Shown piece by piece: positions 8,133 to 17,669 of a stretch of 64,000 nucleotides of DNA. The first letter of the stretch is position 1. Every line of letters starts with the position of its first letter. The stretch is from IMG/VR virus record IMGVR_UViG_3300042567_000108, positions 1 through 64,000 of that record; one strand, 5' to 3'. Source of the stretch: a virus. A program made the translations under genes and the position numbers. Below the pieces are notes generated by a model that saw only the letters and a program-made list of their open reading frames with translations, was not told the origin of the DNA and searched no databases.

Positions 8133-10133
8133 GTGGCAGGCAGAGATATTACGGATGGTCGCGCTACCCGCGCCATTGCTGTTGACCTTGGTATTGGTAC
8201 AGGTACTATCTGGCAAAACACTGGCATAGCCTATGACGTAGCCATTGCAGGTATCCCATTTTTCTTAGGGATTAAAGATGAGCGTCCTTATGAGCGTGCT
8301 ACTGCACCGTTTCGTAAAGAACAGTTTGATTCACAAACTAATCCAGGTGAGCAATCGCTTACTGGTTGGTGGCTGCGTAGTCAAAACTCATTTCATACTG
8401 GTAAAGGTGTTAAGTTTTATGACCCACTATCTAACCCATATGCTACAACTATTTCTACTAATTCGTACCGCTTTGCAGACAGTCAAGGGGTAAATGTATT
8501 TGATGAAGGAGAAGTGACACTTCTTAAAAGTGTAATTAATACACACGCAACTACTGGTCCAATTGTAGGTACAGACCATCAACATGTTAATCAACATGTT
8601 AGGTCAATTCAATGGAGCAGCACAAATGGTGTTTTGCTGCATGATGAATTTCATATAGATAAAATTGCTGCTAATGGAACAGTAACTCCTTTTGTTGCAT
8701 ACGTAGGTGGCACTGATGAAAAGGTTTATGCTGTATGTGACGATGGCGTATTTGCTTATTGGGTAACCAACAAGGTTCAAGGTGGCGCTAATAAAATCCA
8801 CATGTACAAGAAGGCATTAACTGACAATACAACAACCATTCCATCTCCTATGTTTTCTGGTACTGGTGTTGTAATTCAGTATGCAGCAATGGAGTTTATT
8901 AAAGACCGTATTGTTTTGTGTGTTAACAATTCTGTTTATGAATTAACTACTGTAGCAACCACACTACCTACACCTATATTTACTAATCAAAATACTAACT
9001 ATCATTATACAAGTGTTGCTGCTTCTGGTCCTGCTATCTATACCGCTGGACATTCTGGTATCTATTCTACTATTCAAAAATATACATTAGATAATACTGG
9101 TGTAATGCCTACGCTTACATCTGCTGTAGTTGCAGCAGAACTACCTGCTGGTGAGATTGTAGAAAAGTTGTACTACTACCTTGGCTATATGTGCATTGGA
9201 ACTAATAAAGGTATTCGAGTTGCAAGTATCAACGACCAAGATGGTTCTCTTACTTATGGTCCTCTTATTGTTGAAACATCACAGCCAGTTTATGACTTTG
9301 CTGGTAGAGATAGATTTATTTGGGCAGCATCGGGCATAGGTGCTTTAGATGGTGGACTTATTCGTGTTGATTTAGGAACAGAAATAGACTCATTGCGGTT
9401 TGCATACGCAAACGATTTGCAAATACAACAAAGCACAGAACATTACACAACAGGTGTAGCATTTTTGGGTAGCACTAATCGTCTTACATTTACTACAGCC
9501 TATAAGGTAACAAATGGTGCAATTTATTCAGAGTCACCTACAGAATTAGTAACCAATGGTTACTTAACTACTGGTTATATTAGGTATAACACATTAGAAC
9601 ACAAGCACTTTAAGCGTCTTGTTGGATTGGGTAACTTTGACTATGGCTCCATGAGCCTACAAACGGTTGACTTTGATGGCACTGTTTATGATGTTAACTC
9701 ATACGATGCTGCTATTGGTAATCCTGAGTCTACAATTACACAACCAACTGGTCCACAAGATGCAATTGCTTTGCGGTTTGTGTTATTTCGTGATGCAACA
9801 GACACTACTAAAGGTCCTGAGTTTAAAGGTTACCAACTTAAAGCACTACCTGCTAACCCACGTAACAGAATTATCAAGGTTCCTTTAATGAACTTTGATA
9901 TTGAAACAGACAAGTACAACACAACTATAGGCTACGAAGGCAGAGCCTTCGACAAACTAGCAGCACTAGAAACGGCTGAGAGCAATGGAGACATTGTGTC
10001 TTGGCAAGACTTCCGCACGGGAGAAACACAACAGGTACTTATTGAACAAGTACTGTTTAACACAAGTACTCCCCCCGATAAGAAACTTACTGGCTTCGGC
10101 GGTATAATTTCTCTGACCATTAGAACGGTATAA
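8133..10133 (+). CDS. Putative tail nozzle / tubular protein B-like beta-propeller protein
   Basis: 666 aa, beta-rich, precedes the lysis cassette; homologue 48203-50419. Confidence 0.55.
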   Translation: MAGRDITDGRATRAIAVDLGIGTGTIWQNTGIAYDVAIAGIPFFLGIKDERPYERATAPFRKEQFDSQTNPGEQSLTGWWLRSQNSFHTGKGVKFYDPLSNPYATTISTNSYRFADSQGVNVFDEGEVTLLKSVINTHATTGPIVGTDHQHVNQHVRSIQWSSTNGVLLHDEFHIDKIAANGTVTPFVAYVGGTDEKVYAVCDDGVFAYWVTNKVQGGANKIHMYKKALTDNTTTIPSPMFSGTGVVIQYAAMEFIKDRIVLCVNNSVYELTTVATTLPTPIFTNQNTNYHYTSVAASGPAIYTAGHSGIYSTIQKYTLDNTGVMPTLTSAVVAAELPAGEIVEKLYYYLGYMCIGTNKGIRVASINDQDGSLTYGPLIVETSQPVYDFAGRDRFIWAASGIGALDGGLIRVDLGTEIDSLRFAYANDLQIQQSTEHYTTGVAFLGSTNRLTFTTAYKVTNGAIYSESPTELVTNGYLTTGYIRYNTLEHKHFKRLVGLGNFDYGSMSLQTVDFDGTVYDVNSYDAAIGNPESTITQPTGPQDAIALRFVLFRDATDTTKGPEFKGYQLKALPANPRNRIIKVPLMNFDIETDKYNTTIGYEGRAFDKLAALETAESNGDIVSWQDFRTGETQQVLIEQVLFNTSTPPDKKLTGFGGIISLTIRTV

Positions 10134-10137
10134 CACT

Positions 10138-10335
10138 ATGTCGCTACAAGACTGGGCTGCATTTGCCCTATCAATCACATCACTCATAGGTGCATTTGCA
10201 ATAATGATTCGCTGGATGGTTAAACATTATCTAGCAGAACTTAAGCCCAATGGGGGCAGCAGTGTGTCAGATAGATTGAACCGTGTTGAAACTCGAGTAG
10301 ACGACATTTATAAATTGTTATGTGAGAAACAGTAA
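10138..10335 (+). CDS. Membrane protein with coiled coil (lysis-associated)
   Basis: N-terminal TM helix, ELKPNGGSS motif; homologue 50419-50625. Confidence 0.7.
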   Translation: MSLQDWAAFALSITSLIGAFAIMIRWMVKHYLAELKPNGGSSVSDRLNRVETRVDDIYKLLCEKQ

Positions 10336-10424
10336 TGGGATTTACAACCATATTACCCGAGCCAATGTGGGACCCAGTAACACCAAACATTGACCTTGAA
10401 GAATGGGAAGATGACGATGAGTAA
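10335..10424 (+). CDS. Acidic micro-protein (29 aa)
   Basis: TAATG-coupled; fills the gap to the endolysin. Confidence 0.45.
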   Translation: MGFTTILPEPMWDPVTPNIDLEEWEDDDE

Positions 10425-10908
10425 AGCAACACCTGCTGCTATAGCAGTGCTACGTCAAGCAACAGCCTTGCGCCCTAAGCGCAAGAAGGCTAGCGATGGA
10501 TTACTACCATCTGCTGCACACATGAAGCAGAGTCCTAACTCAGACCACAACACAGGGTTAGCCGTTGATTTAACGCATGACCCTAAGAATGGAATTGATT
10601 GTGCTGACATTTTTGAAAAAATTAAAAGCGATAAGCGTGTTAAGTATCTTATCTTTCAAGGCAAAATCTGGTCTAAAGAAAAGGCTAAGCAAGGAAACAG
10701 GCGATACACTGGGAGTAACCCTCACAATAAGCATCTACATATTTCTATTGTTGATACTTATAGGAACGATGTTTCTCCCTGGTTCCCATGGTTAGACCAG
10801 CCTAAGATTGTTAATCAGATTATTGCAAAGGTAACACCAGTGCCTGCTAAGAAGGCATACAAGACCGAAGTTTGTACTTGCTGCAAATTGCACAGTACAA
10901 AGTCCTAA
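10417..10908 (+). CDS. Putative endolysin (M15-like Zn peptidase)
   Basis: SDHNTGLAVD and HNKHLHIS motifs; next to holin; homologue 50622-51131. Confidence 0.7.
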   Translation: MSKATPAAIAVLRQATALRPKRKKASDGLLPSAAHMKQSPNSDHNTGLAVDLTHDPKNGIDCADIFEKIKSDKRVKYLIFQGKIWSKEKAKQGNRRYTGSNPHNKHLHISIVDTYRNDVSPWFPWLDQPKIVNQIIAKVTPVPAKKAYKTEVCTCCKLHSTKS

Positions 10909-10925
10909 TCCCCTAGGAGGATACA

Positions 10926-11111
10926 ATGGAACAATTCAAGCAACTATCACTAACATGGTTTCGTGCAGCAGCAGCCTCTGCTGTAGCACTATTTCTTGCT
11001 GGTGAGTCAGACCTTAAGACACTAGCAATGGCAGCATTGGCTGGATTTGCTGGTCCACTGCTCAAGTGGCTAGATAACTCTGCTCCAGAGTTTGGTCGCG
11101 GTTCAAAGTAA
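10926..11111 (+). CDS. Putative holin
   Basis: 61 aa with two hydrophobic helices after the endolysin. Confidence 0.7.
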   Translation: MEQFKQLSLTWFRAAAASAVALFLAGESDLKTLAMAALAGFAGPLLKWLDNSAPEFGRGSK

Positions 11112-11146
11112 TACCCTTTTAAAGGGCGTAGCAGCCTCGTAGAGAC

Positions 11147-11197
11147 AAGAAGCCCCCGCTCAGGTACATTAACCTACCTGGCGGGGGTCTTTTTCTG
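11147..11197. terminator. Intrinsic terminator between convergent arms
   Basis: CCCCCGC...GCGGGGG followed by TCTTTTT; counterpart 51366-51412. Confidence 0.8.
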
Positions 11198-11199
11198 TT

Positions 11200-11460
11200 T
11201 TAATTGTAGTCTAAATACAACTGGCGTGGAATTATATTAAGTTTTCTACGCATGTCCTTGCGCTGATACTCGGTGGTATTGCCCCAGTATCCCATGACTT
11301 CATGCTTTAGGGCATAGTCTAGACACTCATTAACTACTGGGCAGGCACCGCATATCTTGCGAAGCATACGTATGTTGGGGTAGGTACTTGCTTTTTCTTC
11401 TGTGAAGAAGGCTTCAGGGTCTGAGTTAGCACAGTTAGCCTCTTCTCGAAATGCGTACAT
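11200..11460 (-). CDS. whiB: WhiB-family transcription factor
   Basis: C...C--CPV--EC with GYWG turn; start moved to MYAFRE. Confidence 0.85.
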   Translation of the reverse strand: MYAFREEANCANSDPEAFFTEEKASTYPNIRMLRKICGACPVVNECLDYALKHEVMGYWGNTTEYQRKDMRRKLNIIPRQLYLDYN

Positions 11461-11627
11461 TATCCTCCTGTTGAGTAGAAACCAGAACCTTTGAACTTCA
11501 CGGGTGGTGAAGTCCATACTCTAGTCATTACCATCTGACAACAGACTGGTTCTCTGTCATCTCCAAACTCACGATACACCTCTTGTGTCATGTTGCACAA
11601 GTCGCACTTGTAATCATAGTTAGGCAC
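11460..11627 (-). CDS. FmdB-like zinc-ribbon protein
   Basis: MPNYDYKCDLC...FKGSGFYSTGG; not in the ORF track; homologue 57250-57426. Confidence 0.85.
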   Translation of the reverse strand: MPNYDYKCDLCNMTQEVYREFGDDREPVCCQMVMTRVWTSPPVKFKGSGFYSTGG

Positions 11628-11802
11628 AATCATCTCCATCTATCTCAGTGGGTGCAGTTGTAACTGTCCCACATTCTATACACTCTTGGGCTAAGTCATA
11701 CCAGCCTACTGCTCTAGTGTCTTCATCCCACATAACCGTAACCTTAAACATTTTGCATCCACAAATGCAAGCAAAGGTTGGTTCACCTCTAAGGTCGTTC
11801 AC
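11620..11802 (-). CDS. Small Zn-finger protein
   Basis: RGEPT--C-CGC...EC-ECGT--TAPT; homologue 57594-57818. Confidence 0.75.
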   Translation of the reverse strand: MNDLRGEPTFACICGCKMFKVTVMWDEDTRAVGWYDLAQECIECGTVTTAPTEIDGDDCA

Positions 11803-12538
11803 TTTTGCTATTCCAGTACATCTTATAGTACTCAACATCAAGTGCAAAGCGTTTCATGTGCTTAACTAATGCACCCGTGTGCGTGTACAAAGGTACTGCT
11901 GCCTTAGCCATTAGTCTAAAGAAGTTTATATCTTCCGATACGAACTGCTCGCCAACTCCAGTCTCGTTAAAGTAAGGGACAAAACCATGCACTTTTCGCA
12001 TGGCTGTGACTGCGTTGCGGTGCATGAGCACGAATCCAAAGCCCGCTGAACCGACCTTAATGACCGCATTAACTGGTAGCGGGTGTACATATGAAATCTT
12101 ATAATCATCTTCAGTCCAATTGAATACAGCAGGATACGGGGACATAAGTGAACCTTCATTCTCTTTAGAGATGAAGTATGTACCAGTAACTACTGGTCTA
12201 TCTACTGGGTCTGCTGCGTTCCATACTGCTTGAAGTGCTTCTTCATTAAGTACTATGTCGCTATCTACCCACAGAATCCAATCAAAGTCTGTCTTGTCAT
12301 ACCAGAAATCTAACGCTTGTTGACGTTGTCTTCCAATCTGGTTGCCCTGTACACGCATGGCTGATGTGATAGGCAGGCTTGACTTTAGTGCTGCATACAC
12401 AACACCTTCAGTGAACTTGCCATCAGTATTGCCACCATCACACCAACACAGAATGATTTGATTATTCGTCTGTATCTTCGGTCTGCTCGACATCTGTTGA
12501 TTGTGATACAGCGGTGTCTTCTTGGTTGTCTTGCTCAT
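11789..12538 (-). CDS. GT-A fold (family 2-like) glycosyltransferase
   Basis: LWVDSD, GFGFVL and SED-NF motifs; homologue 47471-48193; start may be 12493. Confidence 0.8.
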   Translation of the reverse strand: MSKTTKKTPLYHNQQMSSRPKIQTNNQIILCWCDGGNTDGKFTEGVVYAALKSSLPITSAMRVQGNQIGRQRQQALDFWYDKTDFDWILWVDSDIVLNEEALQAVWNAADPVDRPVVTGTYFISKENEGSLMSPYPAVFNWTEDDYKISYVHPLPVNAVIKVGSAGFGFVLMHRNAVTAMRKVHGFVPYFNETGVGEQFVSEDINFFRLMAKAAVPLYTHTGALVKHMKRFALDVEYYKMYWNSKSERP

Positions 12539-13136
12539 GATATGGCTTCCACCCTCCTAGGTGTTTGACTAATGAATTGAGTGCACGCTGCACCTTCATA
12601 CGTGCTCCGTCTGGTGTGCTTTCCATTTCCTTAGATAGCATTGTCCAGTCTGGTGAGTCTACGCTAAAGCGTAGCCTGAGTATGTTTTGCTTTTGCTCTG
12701 ATAATTTGTAGAAGGCTGATGCTATGTCTGAGCGTAGCGATAACCAATTGTTACCATCTGATGCTGCACCACTACCAAACTTAGCATTAAGGTCTTGAAT
12801 TTTGGTAGGGATTTCATAAGTCTCACCAATGATTGAAGGCAAGAAGGCTTCAACTACTGACACATCATAGTAATACAAGTCTGATGTATCGTAACCAACC
12901 TTACGTGCTTTCTCGCGCTCACAAAACTTAAGTGCTGCATTACGTAATGACTTAGCAATTAACTTGTCGCGGTCTTTTTGTTCTAGAGCAGACCACTCTT
13001 TGTACTTACGGGGATGACCGACAAACCATACCCACAACTCTTGCCCTATGTCATCACGTTCTAACATAGTGTAACGCTTAGCGTACTCGGCAGCGAGTTG
13101 CTGTACTAACTGGTTGTATTCCTCAATGTAATTCAT
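12462..13136 (-). CDS. Sigma-70-like factor
   Basis: DD-GQEL region 2 and C-terminal region-4-like HTH; homologue 56282-56974. Confidence 0.7.
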   Translation of the reverse strand: MNYIEEYNQLVQQLAAEYAKRYTMLERDDIGQELWVWFVGHPRKYKEWSALEQKDRDKLIAKSLRNAALKFCEREKARKVGYDTSDLYYYDVSVVEAFLPSIIGETYEIPTKIQDLNAKFGSGAASDGNNWLSLRSDIASAFYKLSEQKQNILRLRFSVDSPDWTMLSKEMESTPDGARMKVQRALNSLVKHLGGWKPYHEQDNQEDTAVSQSTDVEQTEDTDE

Positions 13137-13873
13137 TATGGAATAATTACCTCACCATTTACAATTGGAACAGCAAACGGTGTGACCTTGCGGTTGTGTT
13201 CAACAAGGATACCCATGCCTGTCTGCCAGTTGGCAGAGCCTGATGTAAGGTAAGATGCCTGTTTAATATCCATCATGTGACCGACCTCTAACCCGTATAA
13301 AGTACTGGTTTTTCCGTAAAATCCTGTGGTCTCATGTTGTAATCCAACGCGGTGCGTGTGTCCACACACTACTGATTTACCTAAGCGCTTGGCTAGATTT
13401 AATGCAGTGGCTCCTGGTGCACGGTTAAGTGCGCCTTCATCACCGTGTGCCATTACCCAACCAGGTAGTAACTCATGCATCTTATGTAAGTAATTAATCT
13501 TTAACTTGCCGTAGCCTAATAGTTCTTCAATCTCTAATGACTTGAGTGACATAAAGGCTGGCGCATACTTGCGCATGTATGTATCAATGCGGTCAGTATG
13601 GTTACTGCGTTGAATGTAAAATGGCTTGTTACCCAGTGCTTTGCGGTAACGAGCCATGATGTCGTGCGTTAAATCAATACTATCTTGTAGGGTCTCAGCA
13701 TATTCTCCTGCCATACCCTTGTTCCAACGTGATGGTTCTGGTGCATCTAGTTCATCTCCTACACACCAGAGTTCATCTGGTTTATAGTCTTGGATAAACT
13801 CTAGTGTGGCATCTACAGTTTTATCGTGTTGATACGGTATCTGTAAATCGCTTAATACGACTACTCGTTTCAC
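13136..13873 (-). CDS. Calcineurin-like metallophosphoesterase
   Basis: SDLQ, GDELD, SNH, HGD and GHTH motifs. Confidence 0.85.
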   Translation of the reverse strand: MKRVVVLSDLQIPYQHDKTVDATLEFIQDYKPDELWCVGDELDAPEPSRWNKGMAGEYAETLQDSIDLTHDIMARYRKALGNKPFYIQRSNHTDRIDTYMRKYAPAFMSLKSLEIEELLGYGKLKINYLHKMHELLPGWVMAHGDEGALNRAPGATALNLAKRLGKSVVCGHTHRVGLQHETTGFYGKTSTLYGLEVGHMMDIKQASYLTSGSANWQTGMGILVEHNRKVTPFAVPIVNGEVIIP

Positions 13874-13875
13874 AT

Positions 13876-14169
13876 CTATTCTCCATTGCTAGGGATTCCT
13901 TCCCACTGTCCACGCTGGACAAGCAACCCAATTATGGCATAGTTTGCAAGGTCAAGTAGTGTATCTTCAATAGATTCATAGTTGGGCGTGTCGCCTGTAT
14001 CTATCAGGTTGTTAAGCCGTGCGAGTTTGTCATACATACGCACACGCAGCCCGTTCATTGGTCCGCCTGGTGCTCCTGATATATTCATAGGACCATAGTC
14101 GGCATGCTTTTTGTACATGATTTTTGCTAGTTCATTTAAGATTACATCTACATCATCACTGCTCTTCAT
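13876..14169 (-). CDS. DUF1599 / nucleotide-modification-associated domain protein
   Basis: K--DYG, DKLAR and ES-EDTL-DLANYAII motifs. Confidence 0.8.
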   Translation of the reverse strand: MKSSDDVDVILNELAKIMYKKHADYGPMNISGAPGGPMNGLRVRMYDKLARLNNLIDTGDTPNYESIEDTLLDLANYAIIGLLVQRGQWEGIPSNGE

Positions 14170-14470
14170 CTAATATCTCCTTCATGTGGTCGTCAAAGTT
14201 AGTCATTGCTTCTTTGATTGAGAACTCAGCCCATACTTCTTCTGCCTTGCCGTACTTGCTGGCTACTAGGATAGCAGCCAATGCTGTAGTACACATCTTG
14301 GCATCTTCTAAATCACCCTTAACAAGGGTGTCGTAGATGTCATGCAATGCTCCTACTACATCAAGCAATCTATCTTCTGATACTGGAATACCAATAGCAA
14401 AATCTAAATGGTCAACGTGTTCCCAAAACGTATGGTCAAGCGGGGGTAATGCACTCTCTGATTCGCTCAT
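14156..14470 (-). CDS. Hypothetical protein
   Basis: Coupled ORF; positional counterpart of 55167-55505. Confidence 0.7.
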   Translation of the reverse strand: MSESESALPPLDHTFWEHVDHLDFAIGIPVSEDRLLDVVGALHDIYDTLVKGDLEDAKMCTTALAAILVASKYGKAEEVWAEFSIKEAMTNFDDHMKEILDEEQ

Positions 14471-15068
14471 CTAGCCACTCACTTCCTTGTTTAATCATCA
14501 TGCTGTTGACATCTTCACCATCAGGCATACTGATAATGTTGACATTACCTAACTCTCTACTGATTTTCTTGCCGAACTCTAGCCCTGCTGCATCACCATC
14601 TGCTAGCACAATGACCACATCAAAGTCGTCAAGTATCTTGGCATAGTGTGGCTTCCAGTTGTTAGCCCCAGGTATACCAATGGTTGGGTGTGTAGTTTTA
14701 ACTGACATCATAATACAATCGAACTCACCTTCGGTGACACAAATGTATTTGTCTGCAACGAAGCATGCTTGTGTATTAAACATGGTTGTCTTAGCACCTA
14801 CTAGACCCATGTACTTAGGGTCTTCACCATGCATACCACGGAATCTAATATCAACTACACCTGACGGTGTAATGTATGGGATAGCAAGTCTACCTTTGTA
14901 TGGCTCATGACCTGGAAGCGGTTCGTCTACCACCCCCAGATGAAAGATGCTTGCCTCGTCTACCGAGAGTTGACGGCTTGCCAGATATTCCTCTGCGAGA
15001 TTTATCTTTGCTGCGTATCTCTGTGTTGCCTGAAGCAAGAACTGACGCTGCGAATTTGACAGCCTCAC
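14436..15068 (-). CDS. DNA primase, TOPRIM subunit
   Basis: EGEFD and D-D-AG motifs; GTG start inferred. Confidence 0.85.
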   Translation of the reverse strand: MRLSNSQRQFLLQATQRYAAKINLAEEYLASRQLSVDEASIFHLGVVDEPLPGHEPYKGRLAIPYITPSGVVDIRFRGMHGEDPKYMGLVGAKTTMFNTQACFVADKYICVTEGEFDCIMMSVKTTHPTIGIPGANNWKPHYAKILDDFDVVIVLADGDAAGLEFGKKISRELGNVNIISMPDGEDVNSMMIKQGSEWLDERIRECITPA

Positions 15069-15288
15069 GATAATCACCACCTTCTTTGTACATAATTAGG
15101 GAATAAGTATCGCCTTTAACTCCACAACCGTGGCAGATAAAGGCGTTCTTATCAAAGTTAACTGCTGCTGATGCATGTGAATCTATATGAAACGGACACT
15201 TCATTTTGCGCCAACCGCTGCCCATAGCAGGCACGGTTGCGCCTATGTAGTGTAGGTACTCACCAATATCAGGCTTGTCCCTTTCCAA
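14905..15288 (-). CDS. DNA primase, CHC2 zinc-finger subunit
   Basis: CPFH-D--AS and F-CHGCG motifs. Confidence 0.85.
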   Translation of the reverse strand: MERDKPDIGEYLHYIGATVPAMGSGWRKMKCPFHIDSHASAAVNFDKNAFICHGCGVKGDTYSLIMYKEGGDYREAVKFAASVLASGNTEIRSKDKSRRGISGKPSTLGRRGKHLSSGGGRRTASRS

Positions 15289-15616
15289 TTGCTCTCCTTA
15301 ATAAATCTACATACACATAGCCAGGCATGGTGCAGTACCAATCTTCAGGGCTTCCCCTACCCTTACGTTTGTGCCACACCACACCTGTCCATGCGTTGTC
15401 GTTAGCCATCTCGACTATCAACTCTTCTGTCCACCCCGCCAAGTCCATCTTGGCGTGGTTTTTTATCTCTATTGTAACTCCAGGTATACCTGAGATGTCA
15501 CCTTTATCTAGGGTTGCACCAGCCAAGCGTCTGTCTACATAAGGGAACCATTGCTTGAGATACTTAACTACATCTCGCTCTGCTCCTGAGCCTTTGGCTT
15601 TGGCTGCGCTACCCAT
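15269..15616 (-). CDS. Holliday-junction resolvase (PD-(D/E)XK)
   Basis: KG---ER, D-GD and IEIK motifs. Confidence 0.75.
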   Translation of the reverse strand: MGSAAKAKGSGAERDVVKYLKQWFPYVDRRLAGATLDKGDISGIPGVTIEIKNHAKMDLAGWTEELIVEMANDNAWTGVVWHKRKGRGSPEDWYCTMPGYVYVDLLRRAIGKGQA

Positions 15617-16431
15617 TACACCTTCATCTCTACTTGTCTGTAGTCTCTTACTACATCCTCTAAGTACATAGAGGCTGGGTCAAATGATAGTGATACGTAT
15701 GTGTTACCAGTAAAGTCTGCTTTACCATAACGATTTTTAACAGGGGCTACACATAGATATGCGTCTGGTCCCTGCATCATCTGTCCTACTGTCAACACCA
15801 TAGCAGGTACTTGACTAACCATACCCTGCAACGCTGAGCGTGGCTGACATGGAAAACCTTGAGCACCTTCTTTAGTATGGTGTAACACTAGTACACATGC
15901 ATTGGTATCTCTTGCAAGATACTTGAGTTCTTTCATAACTTGTCGCATAGCAGCAAACTCTTCGCCACCATCAACAGCAATATCCATAAGGTTATCTACT
16001 ACGATAAGCGTAGGACTTCTACCCCACATAGTTTCAAATGCAGATACTTCTGCATCTAAATCGTTAAGGGTTGGGCTGGGTTCAAACGACCAGTACAAAT
16101 TAGAGAACTCTCGCAAGAGTTCTTCTGCTTTGGCTGGCTCCGTCTTAAGCATATGTTCTGCATGCGCCTGACTTATCTTTGCTTTCATAGCAAGCAAACG
16201 CATAGCCATAGTGTGTGCATTAGTATCGGCAGAAAAGTATAGTGTCGGTTGTTTTAGCCTTGCTGCGATATGTAATGCAATAGATGACTTACCTGCGCCA
16301 GGAGTACCAGCAATTACTGATACTTCTGCACGGCGTAAGATAATGCCTTCCCGTTGAAAAGCCTGAAAGGGAGGGGGTAATGGTTCTCCTCCTACTTCTG
16401 GCTTACCAATACTACGGCGTAATGTTTTCAT
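15616..16431 (-). CDS. DnaB/RecA-fold helicase-like ATPase
   Basis: Walker A GTPGAGKS, Walker B IVVD, KNRYG. Confidence 0.85.
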   Translation of the reverse strand: MKTLRRSIGKPEVGGEPLPPPFQAFQREGIILRRAEVSVIAGTPGAGKSSIALHIAARLKQPTLYFSADTNAHTMAMRLLAMKAKISQAHAEHMLKTEPAKAEELLREFSNLYWSFEPSPTLNDLDAEVSAFETMWGRSPTLIVVDNLMDIAVDGGEEFAAMRQVMKELKYLARDTNACVLVLHHTKEGAQGFPCQPRSALQGMVSQVPAMVLTVGQMMQGPDAYLCVAPVKNRYGKADFTGNTYVSLSFDPASMYLEDVVRDYRQVEMKV

Positions 16432-16874
16432 TATGCCTTGGTCTGGTCAGGTACGAATGAGTTCCACTCTGCTTGGTTCTGCTTGATGTACTGAGTTGTA
16501 CACTTAGTTGGGTCGCCTTGCTTAGCAGGGCAGAAGTAACCCTTGTATGGACCAAACTTACCTGTTAGTCCATGGATGCGTGTCATTGTACCGTGAGGAC
16601 AAGTGCGTGAACCTGCACTTATTGTTGGTGGTGGTGTATCAAATGAGTCAACAACTGTGCCACCAAATTGATTAGCAATAGATGCTACTGCTGGGTTAGG
16701 TGGTACTGCTGCATTAGTGCCACGCACTGCTGTTTCTACTTCATTGACTGCTTCTACGATAGCAAAGATGGTTGCTGATAGCGCAGTGAATTCATCTGCG
16801 TTGTTAGCACGCAAAGTAATTTGTGTTTTGTTTGGTGTGTGTAGGTTGATACTGATTGGTGCTTCGCTGTGCAT
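16431..16874 (-). CDS. Hypothetical replication protein with C-terminal Zn motif
   Basis: C-HG...C...C; homologue 52536-52952. Confidence 0.7.
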   Translation of the reverse strand: MHSEAPISINLHTPNKTQITLRANNADEFTALSATIFAIVEAVNEVETAVRGTNAAVPPNPAVASIANQFGGTVVDSFDTPPPTISAGSRTCPHGTMTRIHGLTGKFGPYKGYFCPAKQGDPTKCTTQYIKQNQAEWNSFVPDQTKA

Positions 16875-17651
16875 TTATTCTCCTTGAATAGGTGTTACTA
16901 GGGACTTTTTTGTATCTCGGAAAGTACGAACTTTCATTGCTAATTCTATACCTTTCCAACCTTGTTTGATGTCAACGAAATGCAGTTCACATTTACCACT
17001 ACCTGCTGGTAGATGGACAATGATTCCTTTCTCTTGGTTGACACCACCCCAAGAACCACGGGTTGCCGTAGCGGGGTCATACGGCAAGCCGTGTGCATAC
17101 ACCGCTAACTGCATGGCAATCTTATTTGGGTAGGCAATACTACCAGTCTTTAGGTCAGAGATATATAACTCTCCATTGTATTCAACTACACGGTCAGGTG
17201 TACCCGCAATCTTGTACTTGTCTAGCACACAGAACTGTTCAATGAATACATTCTTAAACTTCTTAGTTGCATCTGCATATGCTTGTATGTCTGCAACATA
17301 CTCGTCAGGTATAACTCCAAGGTCTTCACCTCGGTCATGTTTTTCTGTTAGTGTATGGATAGCAGTACCAATATTGGCTTGTGTTGTAGCACCTGCTGCT
17401 TCCATTGCATCTTCAACCAACTTGTCCATCTCTAACTTGTTGTCTCTGTGTGCTGATGCTGCTAGCAATAAGTCAGGTCGCAGTGTTAATCCTGCTGCAG
17501 CCATGCGCAACTTCCACGCTACTAGTGCAGTGCCATCATCTAATGAACCTGCAACTGTTGTTGTTCTTGTGTACGGCACAGCCTTGCCACCCTTCGGTGG
17601 CACTACCATTGGTCTACCGTAACGGTCTCTTGGAACTTCTACTTCTGACAT
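16875..17651 (-). CDS. PD-(D/E)XK exonuclease
   Basis: GT-IH, GTPD, DLKT and QLAVY motifs. Confidence 0.8.
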   Translation of the reverse strand: MSEVEVPRDRYGRPMVVPPKGGKAVPYTRTTTVAGSLDDGTALVAWKLRMAAAGLTLRPDLLLAASAHRDNKLEMDKLVEDAMEAAGATTQANIGTAIHTLTEKHDRGEDLGVIPDEYVADIQAYADATKKFKNVFIEQFCVLDKYKIAGTPDRVVEYNGELYISDLKTGSIAYPNKIAMQLAVYAHGLPYDPATATRGSWGGVNQEKGIIVHLPAGSGKCELHFVDIKQGWKGIELAMKVRTFRDTKKSLVTPIQGE

Positions 17652-17669
17652 ACGTCTCCCTTGTTAATA

